Notes: a model not told the origin generated them from the letters alone. Positions 39,056-54,200 are shown, counted from the first letter of the stretch. The stretch is DNA of 64,000 nucleotides from Lingula anatina (GCA_051362555.1 CM120641.1:25240401-25304400), one strand, 5' to 3'. Translations and numbers: made by a program.

Positions 39056-39765
39056 CCTTTTGCCAAAAAAAAAAAATAATAAAATAAATAAATAAATAAA
39101 TAAATTATAACGAATAATTTAAACTCTGACAACAGGGTCCTACGACCGAAGGATAGCAAGACGAGTCAGTGGCTTAGTATATAAGACGGCAGAACGGTAC
39201 ACAGAAGATGTAAGGTTCGAGGTGGGCTAGGACAAATGAAAATGCTTTTGCAAGTTTTGAACGAAGCACTTGTACGTTTATTATTGAGAAAATGAATAAT
39301 TTACAACATTAAAACTTTTACAAAAAATAATGAAAATACAAGATTTTGTGCTTTAAATTAATATAAATTAAAATTTAACAAATAGAAAAAAGACAGTATA
39401 TATCTGTAAATAAAACAAGTCGAAGATTTTATGCATTTAGAACATAGTTACTAAAAGACAGAATCCTTTGATTTATGCAAAAATAAGTCCGAGATCGTAA
39501 CATTTGAAAGACTTTGGCAAGAACTGATAATAGACAAAATGGATTTTTTTAAAACAAATTGTACATAACAACTTTGTCAAAGTTGACATTAGTGCCTCGC
39601 CTTCATCGAATTCTTTCAAAAAATGTAACAATTTTAAAAATGCATATGATCTGCTTTTTCGAGTTCTAACACACAGGAGCATGTAAGCACACCTTGTTTG
39701 TTTTCTTTGCATTAAATCCGAAAATAATTTACATTTGCAAAGCATGGGCATCAGGAGCGACATAA

Positions 39766-40052
39766 AGCCTCGGTCACAACCGGACGCACGAATTTCAGGA
39801 TCGTACGTCCCCTGCGATTTTTGGGTGTTGCGGAGGCCGTGGAGGTCGTAGAGGTAGAGGAAAGTCTGCCTTGCGAGTCGCAAGGGCCACATGAGATTTC
39901 CTTTCAAGCAGGGAAGCTAATTGCAGGGAGCGATGGCCGTGGAAATTGTACTCATTTCTCGAGTTTGTCTTGCGTGGGACGTGAGATTCTGCGCAAAATT
40001 TGGACGCAAACAGCCCGTAAGAGCCCGTACGGCCGGTTGTGACCGCGAGGCT
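39766..40052. mobile_element. PIF/Harbinger-like MITE with TAA TSD
   Basis: TAA-AGCCTCGGTCACAACCGG ... CCGGTTGTGACCGCGAGGCT-TAA; GC-rich interior. Confidence 0.8.
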
Positions 40053-40240
40053 TAAAGTCATGGACGGTTTACAGGATTATCCAAGACTTAGCCAATTTCA
40101 GAAGAAAATACAAACAAAACTAAAAAGGTTACGCAAAAATCAGTGTACTTGAAGTGACTTTTCACATTCACTTAAAACTAACTCTGGTTCGCGGTGTTCA
40201 ATGATGTTAATAAGTACAAATAACACACCTTGGGCATGCA

Positions 40241-40387
40241 GGGCTCCGTAACTCGAAAGCATTGCGTATTGCGAATAGCGATATGATATAGTGGCTACAA
40301 TGCATTATATGGGACGAGTGTGGGCGAGTTATGGAATCGAGACGCTTGCGCTAGGTCGCAATGCGCGATGCTTTCGAGTTCGGGCCC
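40241..40387. mobile_element. Small palindromic MITE
   Basis: ~40 bp imperfect TIRs GGGCTCCGTAACTCGAAAGCATTGCGTATTGCG / CGCAATGCGCGATGCTTTCGAGTTCGGGCCC. Confidence 0.7.
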
Positions 40388-41061
40388 AGGACAGATATGT
40401 AACCAAGTCTATCTTTCTCAATCACCTCTTGCTCCCGAAAAAATTAAAATGTATAAGAACACAGGACAGGAACACTCCTCTGCACATTTTAGGCATGTTT
40501 TTCACTTTAAAAATTCAAACCAAACGAAGTATTAAGATTGACATACACTTCGGTATATCAAATTTGCCATTTAGAGAAACAAAATGCTTTAAAATAACAT
40601 TTAAAGATGATAATTCCGTACCATTGTTAAATAAATAACTGACCAAACTGTTAGAATGGACTTAAGTATAGCAGAAAAATAATAAATCCTGTAATGTAAT
40701 TTTTTAAAATCTATAGATTTTGTTAAAAAAATTATTCATTGTTCACCATCTTTTTAGCAAAATTGACAAAAAGTTGACGGTCTAAAAATTCATGGAATCC
40801 TTTTCAGAATACCCATCACTTCCCGAAAATTGGGTTTTGTGACATTCCAAGTGATTTTGAAAATATGGGAATCAAAAGGCTGTGATTAATATTAGTCCTA
40901 CAAAAACATTTTATGGACAAACGATAACAAATTAAATCCATTTCCCGTTTTTGCATTTTCCTAAACGGCGTATAAACGATCTCCATCCTGGGAAATATTT
41001 GTAGCCAACTATAGGAACAGTTTTCTTATATTATATACGCAACAGAGATCTCTAATCCCCT

Positions 41062-41297
41062 CAGTGGTGGATTTAGAGGGGGGGGGTAGGCGGTCCTGAC
41101 TCCCCCCCCCCTTCGGTTTCTGAAAAGAAAATTACACTAATATTGCCTTCTTGGATTTAGAATTTTGACTAGCTGATTTATAGTACTAAACCGTACCAAA
41201 TGGCACCGTTCGCCCTCTAAAATAACCGGGGGGGGGGGGGGGGGAGGCGACTTTGCATCGGCGGACCCCCTTCAAATAATCCTGGATCCGCCCTTGA
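41062..41297. mobile_element. MITE, hAT-like termini
   Basis: CAGTGGTGGATTTAGAGGGG ... CCTGGATCCGCCCTTG ends with internal G/C runs. Confidence 0.6.
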
Positions 41298-43574
41298 ACA
41301 TGGTACCGGTTTCTGTTCACTCGAAATAACCCAAACAATTGCATTACCATTAAAATAGAAAGGTGATCCAATAACCTCCCGACAGAATTGAATTGGGTCA
41401 GTGATAGGGTTGGTGCATTTTGCGATGATCGATTTTTGTATAATTATGAATGATTAATTAAATAATCAGTATCAATCGGAAGCTCACAAAATATTTTTAA
41501 AAAAGTAATTAGTCTGAAAAATTGCATAGATCGCCCTTTTTGTGAGAATAATGTCAACAGCAACAGCCACTCAAAATCCGCCATACCTGGTGTAATTTGC
41601 ATAATAATAAGGCGTTCAGCGCAGTGTGAGCTGTCATCCATATCAGTCACTTCACAGCTGGGCCGTGTAGGAAGAGGACGCAGGATAGGTGTGGTGAAGT
41701 CGCAAGGCCGAATATTTCATTCATTGGAACAAATTTGTCTTGTGAGTAGCATCTTTTCAGTTAGCAAGTACCAAAGGCGTGCAAGAAGGGAAACACGTAA
41801 AGTTTATTTTGCGTAACTCCATAGTTTTAGACCAGTGTATGGTATAGCTATCTCCAATGTCATTGGCATACGAGTACTTTTCCGGTTTTGTGAGTTTCAT
41901 ACAACTTGTATGTAAGTGTTTGTCAGAAGCATGTATTAATTCGAAATTTAATGGACACTGTGATGTTTATAACGATCGAGATCTTCTTTGCTCTAAAGAC
42001 GTTTCTTACTAATTTTCCGTATTTCTTCGAGTTCAAATTATCAAGAAACAATATCCTTATATTTTCACACCGCCTGAACTACTTGTTAGTCTGGGAGGTT
42101 CACAGGATTTTGGAAAAGTTTTCCGTTAATAACCCCGAGAAAAAATGTTGTCAAAAACAAATAATATGAAGAAAGTTGTCATATTTTATATCATTTTTTG
42201 GTGTTCAGATTCAGCCAAATTACAACCGAATTTCTGTGCGTACCTGTAAATTTGAAACCTGAACAAATTAGCATTTCGGAACAATTTTAGTTGATCTATC
42301 ATGCAGTAAGAACGTTATAACCTGGACTGTGTAAAATCTTGCTTGATTTAAAGAGAATTAGTTTTCATGTTTGCAGTTAAAGCAGATAAGTGAGGGAGAA
42401 ATTTGTATATGTTTCCGTGATGAAACAAAATATTCCTGGCATCCGTGGATGTTTTCCGGTTTTTATAATAACCTTTCTTTTACATGTTGTGCAAGAGTGC
42501 TGTTGTACCGTTTATTATTAGATCTGTTAATTGTTCACGAGAAAACTAAGTTATGCATTATGTCATTTGCCTTCTATAAACTCTTTACTCAGTTCAGTAA
42601 TATAAGCTGTTCCTTGACGGAATTATTCGTATTCGTTTAAAGCTGTACTTTGAGAACGCTTTCCAATAATATGGGTAGTGTTTTTCCATGTCATTCTCGT
42701 AGTGTAATAGAAATGGGTGTACAACATCATTGAAATTTGTGAAATATCGGAGAATTTTGGATCCTGAACTGAATGCCTCTTCCATTATCATTTTACCTAA
42801 GCTAGGTTTAAATGGTATTGGGATATTTAATTATGCTATTAACGTGTGTTATTTTCATATTTCAGAACACTGCTGTTTCCTCTGCCTAGATACTGCAAAT
42901 GCACGTACGACTGATAGAAGCTGCCCTAGTCTTCCGTATTTTGGAACAGGACACGGACTGGCACTTGCAAAAGTTACATGTTGACAATCGTTCATGATTT
43001 TCAAAATGATAGCTTTATATTAAATTTTCTGCATACTGAAATGGCACACTAAGAAAGATTGTGTTTCATTTTCCTTAAAATCAGACATCAGTTATTTTTA
43101 TTATCAAATTATGCCATAAGGATTGATCGATATAAATAATAAATTATATCATAAAACTTTAATTTGATTCCTCTTGACCAGTCAGTTTCTCTTCAATTTT
43201 CTTATGTTATGCCATAGTTTCATAATAAAAAGCTATATTAAATCTCAGTGTTTAAATATAACAACTTTCAAATTTAAAGGTAAAAAGGTAAAGTTGCATT
43301 TTCACCAGATCGCAAGTTGAAATTCGAGTACGATTATTTATAATAGTTTACTCCTGTATTATTCAGTATGATGATGTACATAGTAGAAGAAAATTTTATA
43401 TTATCATTTTTAATTTTATATTATCATTTGAATGTGACATTTGTGAAAGACAATCAATTTTGCCTGAATAAATACGCTTTTAAAGGACGTTTTCAGTTTG
43501 ATTTTAAAGATAATAGAAGTGAATGTAGTAGAATTGCTATACTTTGGATTTTAAGAACAATGTACTCTAGTTGG

Positions 43575-44370
43575 AACGTGACAGATTGGGCGAGTCCATT
43601 TGTTTTTGAGGGAAGGCAGGTGGGTCTAGTCCTCTTAATTTAGCGGGGTGACGGGTGGGTCGAGTCCATTACGTTTTTGAGGGGTGACACGTGGGGCAAG
43701 TCCATTTTGCTTTTGAGGGGTGAGAGGTGGGACGATACCATTCAAATTTGAGGGGTGACAGGTGGGGCGAGTCCATTCAAATTTAAGGGGTGACAGGTGG
43801 GAAGAGTCCATTTTGATTTTGAGGGGTGACAGGTGGGACGAGTCCATTCAAATTTGAGGGATGACAGGTGGGACGAGTTCATTCAAATTTAAGGGGTGAC
43901 AGGTAGGAAGAGTCCATTTTGATTTTGAGGGGTGATAGGTGGGGCGAGTCCATTCAAATTTAAGGGGTGACAGGTAGGAAGAATCCATTTTGATTTTGAG
44001 GGGTGACAGGTGGGGCGAGTCCATTCAAATTTAAGGGGTGACAGGTGGGAAGAATCCATTTTGATTTTGAGGGGTGACAGGTGGGGCGAGTCCATTCAAA
44101 TTTAAGGGGTGACAGGTGGGAAGAGTCCATTTTGATTTTGAGGGGTGACAGGTGGGGCGAGTCCATTCAAATTTAAGGGGTGACAGGTGGGGCGAGTCCA
44201 TTCAAATTTAAGGGGTGACAAGTGGGAAGAGTCCATTTTGATTTTGAGGGGTGACAGGTGGGACGAGTCCATTCAATTTTAAGGGGTGGCAGGTGGGGAG
44301 AATACATAACGTTTTTGATGGGTGACAGGTGGGGCCAGTCAATTACATTTTAGGGGTGATAAGTGAGATG
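43575..44370. repeat. 35/36 bp G-rich minisatellite with 71 bp dimer structure
   Basis: Alternating GGGGTGACAGGTGGGGCGAGTCCATTCAAATTTAA and GGGGTGACAGGTGGGAAGAGTCCATTTTGATTTTGA, about 22 units. Confidence 0.95.
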
Positions 44371-47300
44371 ATTAAAGACCATAAGAGCATTTACTGCATA
44401 GGACTACTTGTAATTCAAAATTGGTTTGCAAATACATTATGGAATTGGAATTAATTTGAATATTATTTCGAACAGACCAACCAAAATGTATACAAATAAA
44501 TAAATTTCAAAAAATAGGACTTGGAGGCATGCGATCAGTTTTATATCATCACAATTAAATTCCCAAATTCCTGGAACAGCCAATGTCATTTATCAAAAAA
44601 GCAGCATAATCTTTTCACTTGATCATTTTATTCAGATTTGTAATTGAATTATATATACAAGTATTTAGATAGTCAAATTTGCCATAGCAAAAAAGCTATG
44701 AATTACATTATGAAAAGTGAGAAAATGATAATTCGGATGATGGACAGATTTGTTCTAAAGTACATTGAAAATATCATGACATGGAACAAAATTAAACTTC
44801 AAAAAGCTGGTTTGTAATTACACTTTATGAATTTGTGTTTATAGAAAATCTTTTGGTTCACCTACAGCCTTGCAGCAGACTTTAGATTTTTAAGTACTCA
44901 AAAACTATCGTTTTTTTTAAATACACGGTACGTTCGCAAAGCTTTTAAACTATTTCACTTTCAAATATTTTCATGTACCAAAGCAAATCGTCAAAGCAAT
45001 ACCAAGGACAATATTTACAGATTATATTAGGTATATTGAATTTGAAACTCCTGAAACGGTTATTATGTTTATATCTTCATACTCCTTTTCTGTCTATTAC
45101 TATAATCAATATCATAATTTTTTATATCAAAATAAAAAAATTCCAGACAAATATATTTATTCAATTCTTATAAAATAAATGCCTGAATAGGCGTAGAGTT
45201 CCTGAATGTGAACCAAAGGTAAGGCTGCTAGCAGGCGCATGTTGAGCTGTACCTCGGTGGGTTTCTGAAATGAGAAAATTATTTTTAGCAATTTTTGAGT
45301 TAAACTGACAGGCTCTTAAATTATTACTAATGAATGATATTTCACACGGGATGATTTAAGCACGCATTGGCTTGTCCAATATATAAGCAAGCAGGAAATA
45401 AGTCGAGCTTCTCTTATGTTCAACATCATCAAAAATGTATGAATAATATACTTGGAGAATACTCCTGGAATGCAGACCTCCAACAAGTAAATAGTAACTT
45501 AATACTACTACTACTACTACTACTAATAATAATAATAAATATATAAAAATACGAGGAAACCCAGATTCAGTCGAAATTGTAATAATTTCTTTCCCATCTG
45601 AATATCTGTGCGTTTTGAAAATTTCATCAAAATATGCAGAAGACATTTAGAAATACCTTGCTTAAAAATCATATGAAAAGACAACCCATTTCATTTGCGG
45701 ATAGTAATTACGCATACTATTGAATGTTATCGTTATGGATCAAGCTCTTGGAATTCAGGGCAGAAACCGCAAAATAATTACCTATTGACCGCCATACAAA
45801 GAAATGCCTGCAAAAATGCATGAACAAAATTTAATGAAATATTACCTATCCCCATGGGCAGCAGACACACTGACATAACTCCCAATGGCACAAAGATTTA
45901 CTGTTGAAAAGCTTTTCTTACCGGCAGTATTTGATCACATGGACCCCTCTTGTTTGCAAACAAACCACTGCACCGCTCACAGTCAGTAGCCCCCTCCGCC
46001 ACAGACCCCACGCTGCACGACACCCGTGTCTGGTCCTGAAAAAAATATGCATAGTTTACACCTTAGCCTATTAGTTGACACCAGAATTAACCAGAGAAGC
46101 AGAGGAAGTTTATTCACAGCCACAGTGCCATATTAATAAAATATCGTTATATAGTACATGTGGACAATTCTGAAGTAACGTGCGCAAATTTTGCCCGTTA
46201 CATATTGTCGGGATTTCTAAGGCGTTATACGTTTTATTAACAGTGTCTTTTGTAGATTTATAGCTCTTCCTCTTTTTCGACTGAACAAACGATAAATGTA
46301 CTTAGTTTCCTATATGCATTTTACGTTATGCGGCTGCAATGTCTCTCCTTCCAGAAGTCAACATTTAAAATTAATAAGATTGCTTCTTCAAGTTCACGGC
46401 GAGGTGTCAAGATTCGGATTTACCCACGCACATTTTCAGTGACAAATTGAAAACATTTCTCTGCTTGGAAATTAATAAATGAAAAAATTAAAACAATAAC
46501 TTTATCATTTTTATACAGACATTATTTCTATTAAATGATAACTTCAAATCTAACAGTTCAGTTACGAAAAGGGACGGGTACAACCCCGACCCCAAAAAAT
46601 ACATAAACTATCCACATATATGATCGAATAGAGCACTGTACTACGACAAAGTAACATACAATTACCAAAAGAAGCAAACCAGCATCATGCAGGGCGGACG
46701 CTTAGTATGGATTTAATTTCTATGCGAAGTTTCATAAAAAAGAAGCTAATCTTATTCGACTTTAAATTTGATATGCATTTTGGAGCAGAATGTAATTTGT
46801 GTCAGTATCCTTTGCGTTACAATTAACAAATCGCAATTCAGCTTTAAAATTACACAAATATATATATTTATATTTAACCTTCATGGAAAGCTAATGATAT
46901 CAGAAACAAAAGGGTTCTCAAAGGCACTGAGGGAAAGCTAAGAGAAATTATCCTTCCCGCCAGTTAGATGTCATTATGCCTAGAGTGCACCTTTTCGGAA
47001 AAATATCGTCAATGCAAAACTAAGAAATGCTACAATACATTTTCTATCATCTGTACGAAACTTACAAAATACTGCTGCCGGTTTCAGTGCCATCTTTTCG
47101 GCCAACATGGCAGTAGCAGTAGTATGGCATGGACATCTTTCTTCTTCATCTTCTACTGACTTTGGTCCTATCTGAGCACCTCTCACCAAAACGCTCACCT
47201 GATTTACATAACGATGAAGAAGTCACCTACTTTCCGTGCGGACGCCTCGGTTTGAATTTTCGTCTGGTTTATGAGAAGGCATAATGTCTTCATCCCAAAA

Positions 47301-48283
47301 AGAAGATTACATTTTGACAAAGTCATAATGACACACATACAAACGACAAAAATAAATAAATAAAAATGCATTTTCAAAGTCAACATACCTGATATTGCGT
47401 GATTGGACATATAAATTAGCTTTCATAGGTCGAACGAACGGAGGGGGGGGGGGCGATAGAAAAGATAAGTTTTTCATTCAACCTCATGGTACAGCGTAAC
47501 CTTAAAGTTATTGATATTTCTTTCTTTCTTTATACTTCTTGAAACGTAGACACTTTCAAAGGAAAACATTTAAGTATGCACGTTTATTAAATTGTCATGC
47601 ATGTTACATCCATAGGTAATTTTCCATAAGCAAACTCTACAGAATTAATATTTAACTGCTTATGCACGAATAAAACAAAACTATTAAGACTGAGCATAAT
47701 AATTTAAAGAATTGGTCTATTATTATATCAAATTTTCTGTTCTGAAAATTCTGAAAGAAAATGTTTGGCGCATTGTTTCATTATATCACTTTTAGTAAAT
47801 GTAAGTGAACTAGATTTATGTGGAAGTTATTTTATTGTGGGTAGCCCCAGAAATAAATTACACCACAGATAAAAATACAGCTGTATGAGAGATGTTTGTG
47901 AAGATCATTGCTAGTACAAATAAGAATTTTAATATTGTTCACAAGTTAAAATGAAGGAAACAATTTCTTGGAAAAAAGAGTGACAGGAAGCTGCCAGACT
48001 GCATTTGAAGATTTAACATTTTTTCTCTTACAGTTGCTCTTTCACTTCATTATGTAACTCGATAAACTTGTAACACTAAGAGATAAAAGATGGTTTTTCA
48101 AATGGAGATGATGATAACAGTTAACTGTTCTTTCTTCAAGCAAGGTGTGGCAAGATGAATGAAATACCAAAAAGGTAAAACTTAAGCACCAAGACAAAAT
48201 ATATAATGAATAAACATTATCAATAATATCAAAATATATAAGGTATGTCTTTGTCATTGGACCCATTCTTTAAAGGAGCTGGC

Positions 48284-51200
48284 TCAATTTCTTTTGTCCT
48301 GACACTGATTTGAAACTTGAATTAAAGCATCAGCATATTGTACAATGACTTTGTCCAGCCATGTCACAGGTTCTGGCGTAAAACCACTGCCTGTAAAAAA
48401 TCCAAGATGGCCTCCATGCTTGGTCACAGCAAAAATGCAATTCTCGTGTGATGCTGAAAATAAAGAGTTCAAGAGTTAGCTGACATAAGGACTGACTGAG
48501 TAAATGTGCATCAATAATACTGACATGTAATACACACAAAACTCTGCTAAAAAATCACAAAATACACATGAAAAATAGAAGCTCAAAATTTTCTCCATTC
48601 TTTTTTCATCCGTGAAGTGGTTAACACAGTGAAAGGATTGGAAAAATATATAGAACAAAATCTGGATTAAGACTATATAAGTAATAACCTAAGTGAATTG
48701 TATCAGTTTAATCATAAGTAGTCAAAAATATTCATTATAGTCATATTGTAAAGTCTACTGAACATAATTTGATTTTAGGCTTAAAAATGTTTGAAAAAGA
48801 AATAGTATAAATTGCCTAGCTTACTGATATTTGAAATGTGTTGGTGTATTAGTCACGGATAAGAGAAAAATCATTTAATAACACCAGAGTGGACAGAACT
48901 TTTACTTTTACTCTGATATTCTGAAAATAGAGATCACAATGTTTTGTCTCTGATATCTACCATTGACATTAAATGTGGCATTAGCTGTACTTACTAACAA
49001 AGTCATGGGGCATGTCATGCAAAGCAGGAGGCACCAGAGGATCATCTGCAGAATTTAGAAAGAACATGGGAATCTTTATCTGAAACAAAACAGAATCTGT
49101 CATCATTAAAACCATTCAAATTGTTTATCCAGAAAAAAATCATTTATTACACAAAGATTTCGTGAATCTGTTCATGGATTTGGTACATACAAATGTACCA
49201 CTTACAAAAATGTCTTTTGTCTCGGTCAGTGCAAAGCAGAATTTAAAGTACTCTACATGGGATTTACCTGCCAAAATGAATTTTCCTCAGGGGTAAAAAA
49301 GCAATTTAACCTTGCTCATTAATCATTGACTGATCCATCACTGCACTTGGATTTGATACAATATACTAGTTTTGATATAACAAATTACTTCTAAATGAAT
49401 TCTGATTCGACAAAAATTTTGCAACTTTTGCCTATTGCTTTCTATTCTGCTTCTTCCCCATCTTGTAGCCCTGCCACATATTAGCTGGTATAAAATCCCT
49501 TGAGTCAAAACTTTTTAATCCAGGAAAGTACTGTTAGGTCAAATATCATTAAATTATGGAGGTATGAATTTGAAAAGTTAAAATCTTAATTTCAGGATGC
49601 ATTTCATTTCAATTTAATATGAACTCACAAACATTTTCTTGTTTAAATTACATAGAGTTACCAAAAATGCTCTCACTGCAAGTTTCTAGTTCATATGTAT
49701 ATATTGGAACATTTGAAAAATTACAATATATAAATATTATTATTTTTGTTTACCTTATCCATGACGCTTCTGCAGCTACACCACCTATAATATTCTTCTA
49801 TGGAGGAAAATCCAGCTCTTTTCCTGATAAAATTGTCAAAAGTAGGACTTAAAAGATGATTCACATGTGGCCATACACTAGTTAACTAAGTAATCTTAGT
49901 AAGTCACAGCCAAAGTATGCTTTTTTCAATCAGAAGATCTAGAGTAAGTTTGATCAATTTTACAGTAATAACCATTGCCAAAACGTCTAAAAATCCCACA
50001 GGAAAATGGATTTTAACTAACATCCCCATCTTAGTGCACCACACCTGCTATATAAGTCATCTAATTCCACTAAAGAAGTTGCTGCCAATATCCTGTCTGT
50101 GTCGAACTTGCCGTGCAGTCTTTCACTGTCAGATCCAAAGAGAATGTCTGCATGAGTACGCAACATCTTCTTTTGGTGGAGGGTCATAGCAAATATGTAC
50201 CCACGCCGCAAGTGCTCCCAACTTAGCATGTATGGCTGACATCTACAATAGCCAATATCAAACATTTACTTTAAGTGCCAATAATTGTTTCTCCAGAGCA
50301 GCTAAACATAAGGGTTATACTTATAGCCCTCAAATATTTCAGTTTCTTACAAGACAGCTTCATTACTAGTAGGTAATTTATCTATATGTATAGCAACCCA
50401 TACCTTGTTTACGTAGCTAAAATTTTATCAACATTTGCTTTCAGCTTAATTACACAGTATTTTTAGCATAAGTGACAACATACTGATTACCTTTTCAGAA
50501 AAAAATGCAATAAAACTAAGTTTCAGAACTCTAGGTTTCAATTCTACTACCACATAGATCCCTACCTTTCCACATCATAACCCTGACAAATGGACAAACC
50601 ACATAAGAAGTTTTTTTGGTTGGAGCTTTTCTCTCCCAGATATTTTACAGCCAGGTTGCCTCCCATGCTGAACCCCACTGCTATAAACTTGCTGTCTGGA
50701 TACAGACGATGGACCTCTTCTACCATTGCTGCATACTCATCTGTCCCTCCTTAAAAAGGGATTTGCTTATTCAAAATTTTATTGCATTTTGTTTGGAAAG
50801 TTGAGTGATAATTTGGTTATCTGTGGCAAAATCCCTGTTAAATTTGGGGAAAATATATTTTTTCTTTCTGTCATATTTCTGACCAAAATCTGTGCCTCAT
50901 AGACTTAAGTTTTTATCAGTCAAAATTGGCATGTTTTATGAAAATCTAAGAGTGATAAAACATGCTCATAAGGTAAATAAAATTAATCTAATGATTATCA
51001 ATTGCAAAAGCACCAAGAAGATTTCAGTACCTGTGATAAGACTTATGACAGGTTCCCAATATAACATGCACAGGGTACAGTTCAGACCGAGTTATATCGA
51101 CTTACAATGTAGCTAATGCACACCAACTCAATGGAGACTCTTGCTGAATGCAATCAGATTAACAGACTAACACTGAGTATTATAATTAGGAAGAAACTGG

Positions 51201-54200
51201 TGATTACACAAGTATGTTTGAAACAGTCTATTTATCTGATTGCATTCAGCGAGAGTCCCTATGTGCGATTAGCTAGGTCAACATAACTCATTCTGAATAG
51301 TCCCACACACAATTTTTAATGATACCATTTTTGTAATTCAGATTTAATGGATATGTTATGATCAAATTAAAATTAGACCAAAAACTTAAATATGAATAAA
51401 AAAAATGAAGAGAATTCAAAGGTCTCTATAAAACAGACCAAACTGACCATACGTGAAAATTCTGGGAGAGGTAAGTTTTATGGTTTGGATGGCCCCCAAA
51501 TGATTCAGCACTCCTACTCTGTAACCTGCATTCTGGGCGTAATCCACAAATGTTCTGATGTACACGCTTTCACTGCTATTGGCTATACCTGGACATACTA
51601 GCATGGTATAGTCTCCTGGAAAACACAAACAAGGCAGCAAAGCTGTCAAATGTACAGACAAAAAAACAGAAAATAAAGATGCAAATAAGTGAAAAATAAA
51701 ATTTTCACAAAAAACTGTTAAATTGCCAGAAAAATTTACCAAACAGACTGCGTTGCCTATTGAAGCTGTATGTTAGACCCATGTTTCTTTCCTGTAAGTT
51801 TGAGAACAGTAAGTGACATGATTTCCCTTAAATGGTCATCATAGGAGCAGTGCACAAAATAGGGGTTTCTTCAAATTTTGATGCAACATTACATAATGTT
51901 TAACAGCATAATGACAATCAAATGTTATTAATAAAATATTAGTAACATGGACATTCAGAAAATGTGACAAGCAAAAGTCTTCAGGATCATGGAACTTTAA
52001 AGTCACACCTTTAAAATGCCAATATGTGAAAAATTAAATTTTCACAAAAAACTGTTTAACTGCCAAAAAAAAAAAAAAAATACAAAAAATACAAAAAATA
52101 CAAAACAGACTGCATTGCCTACTGAACCTGTATTTTAGTCCCATGTTTCTTTCCTGTAAGTTTGAGAACAGTAAGTGACATGATTTTCCTTAAATGGTCA
52201 TCATGGAAGCAGTGCCCAAAATAGGGGTTTCTTCAAATTTTGATGCAATATTACATAATGTTTAACAGCTTAATGACCATCAATTTTTAATTATAAAATA
52301 TTTGTATCACAGATATTCAGAAAATGTGACTAGCAAAGGTCTTCAGGCCCATGGAACTTCAAAGTCACACCTTGAAAATGCCAAAATGTAAACAAGACAG
52401 AACTGTTCTGAAATGGGTTTATTTCCATTTTTAACACTTTTTTAACATAAAACAAAATAAACATTTTACTGCCATTTTTATATGACCAACTAAGAAAATT
52501 GATGAGATGGGAAAAGTATCAATAGAACAGTGTTAAATGTCCAATTTCCTCCATTCTGAGATTCTGAACATAGTGGATGATTGAATCTGACAAACTGCAA
52601 TGATATGAGTTTATTTCCATTTTTGACACTTTATTACACAATACATGATAACAAGTTTACCATGTTTTTTACATAATCAACTAACAATGTTGTAAAGATG
52701 CAGGAAATATCAAACAAACACTTTAAGGCATCTTATTAGTTAAATAATGAGACTGTTAACATGCCTAACAATTGAATCTGAGGAAATGTGAAAAAAAAGT
52801 ATAACTTCTAAAATAATGGCCCGATTATGCTGATTTTCGAACTCAACCTGCATTTTAGTAAGATTGACCACTCCAGTGAGTATAATTACAATTGGCCAAT
52901 CCGTTTTTCTTATATTGTGTTATCAGTGTTGCATTTATATTGAAAATAGTGAAAAAACAGCATAAATTCCCTAAAAATGGCCCAATCAACTTGACCTGCG
53001 TATTATGAATATTCATCAGTTCTGTAAGTTTCAAGTCAAAAGGTAAAATGGTTTTCCACTTATCGTGTTATCGGTGCTGCATATATGCTGAAAAAAGTGA
53101 AAAAACAGCATAAATTCCCTAAAAGTGACCCGATCATGCTGATTTTCGAACTTGACCTGCGTATTATGAATATTCATTAGTTCTGCAAGTTTCAAGTCAA
53201 AAAGTAAAATGGTTTTCCACTTATCGTGTTATCGGTAAAAGTGCACGGCGACGACGGCGCCGACGGCGACGACAGACGCAGATGATGGCTATATGTACAG
53301 ACACATCTGTGTCTGTACATAAAAAGGAGAGAAAATGTTTAAGTGTTCAAGGTCATAGGTCAACTAGAGGATCAGAGAGGCGATACCGCCTCCGAATATT
53401 GTACCACCAGCTGGAGCAAGCGCATTCGTATAAACCCCCACATACACAAAATAAGGGACATAGCCACCAGTCTTGTGCTTGACAAGCTGTAAAAATGCAA
53501 TCAACAAGAATTTTCAAAATATGCAAAAAACATATATGACTAAAAATGGTACAATCAAGGTTAAGTTCATCATAAGGTAGGTCAAAGGTCAATTTCAAGG
53601 TCACAGTAAATTGCCAGTATATGAATTCTTATTCAACTTCAATAGTAACTATGGATCTATCTCTGCCAGATTTGGAGATAAAAGGGAACCAAAATTTGCA
53701 AAGTTCACTTCATGGTGAAAAGTAGGTCAAAGGTCAATTTCAAGGTCACATTTAGATTGCCAATATATGACTTCCTATTCGAGTTCAATAGTAACTATGG
53801 ACCTATCTCTGCCAGTTTTGGAGATAAAAGGGAAGCAAAATTTGCAAAGTTCAGTTCATGGTGAAAAGTAGGTCAAAGGTCAATTTCAAGGTCACAGTAA
53901 GATTGCCAGTATATGACTTCCTATTCAACTTCAATAGTAACTATGGACCTATCTCTGCCAGTTTTGGAGATATAAGGGACTAAATGTTATAATTTTGGAG
54001 TTACCATAATGTGCCATAAATTTCCTACAGAAGAAATTAATTAAAATAAAGAAAAGGTCATTTTGGTCAAAATTCTTGAAATGGGGGTGCTCTGAAGTTC
54101 CAGATGTTCAAATTTGATGAAATAATGTCATTTTTGACCACAAGTTGTCTGCTTTGCCAAGCCTTATGTTTTATTTTTCCGGAGTTCAAAATTTATTATC

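Noticed and set aside
38972-39230. Functional tRNA genes
   Set aside because: No complete acceptor stem or cloverleaf; SINE-like at best.
39473-40638. ORFs of 73-144 aa
   Set aside because: They overlap GC-rich MITEs and contain no recognisable domain.
43635-44166. Repetitive ORFs (MDSSHLSPLK...)
   Set aside because: Translation of the minisatellite.
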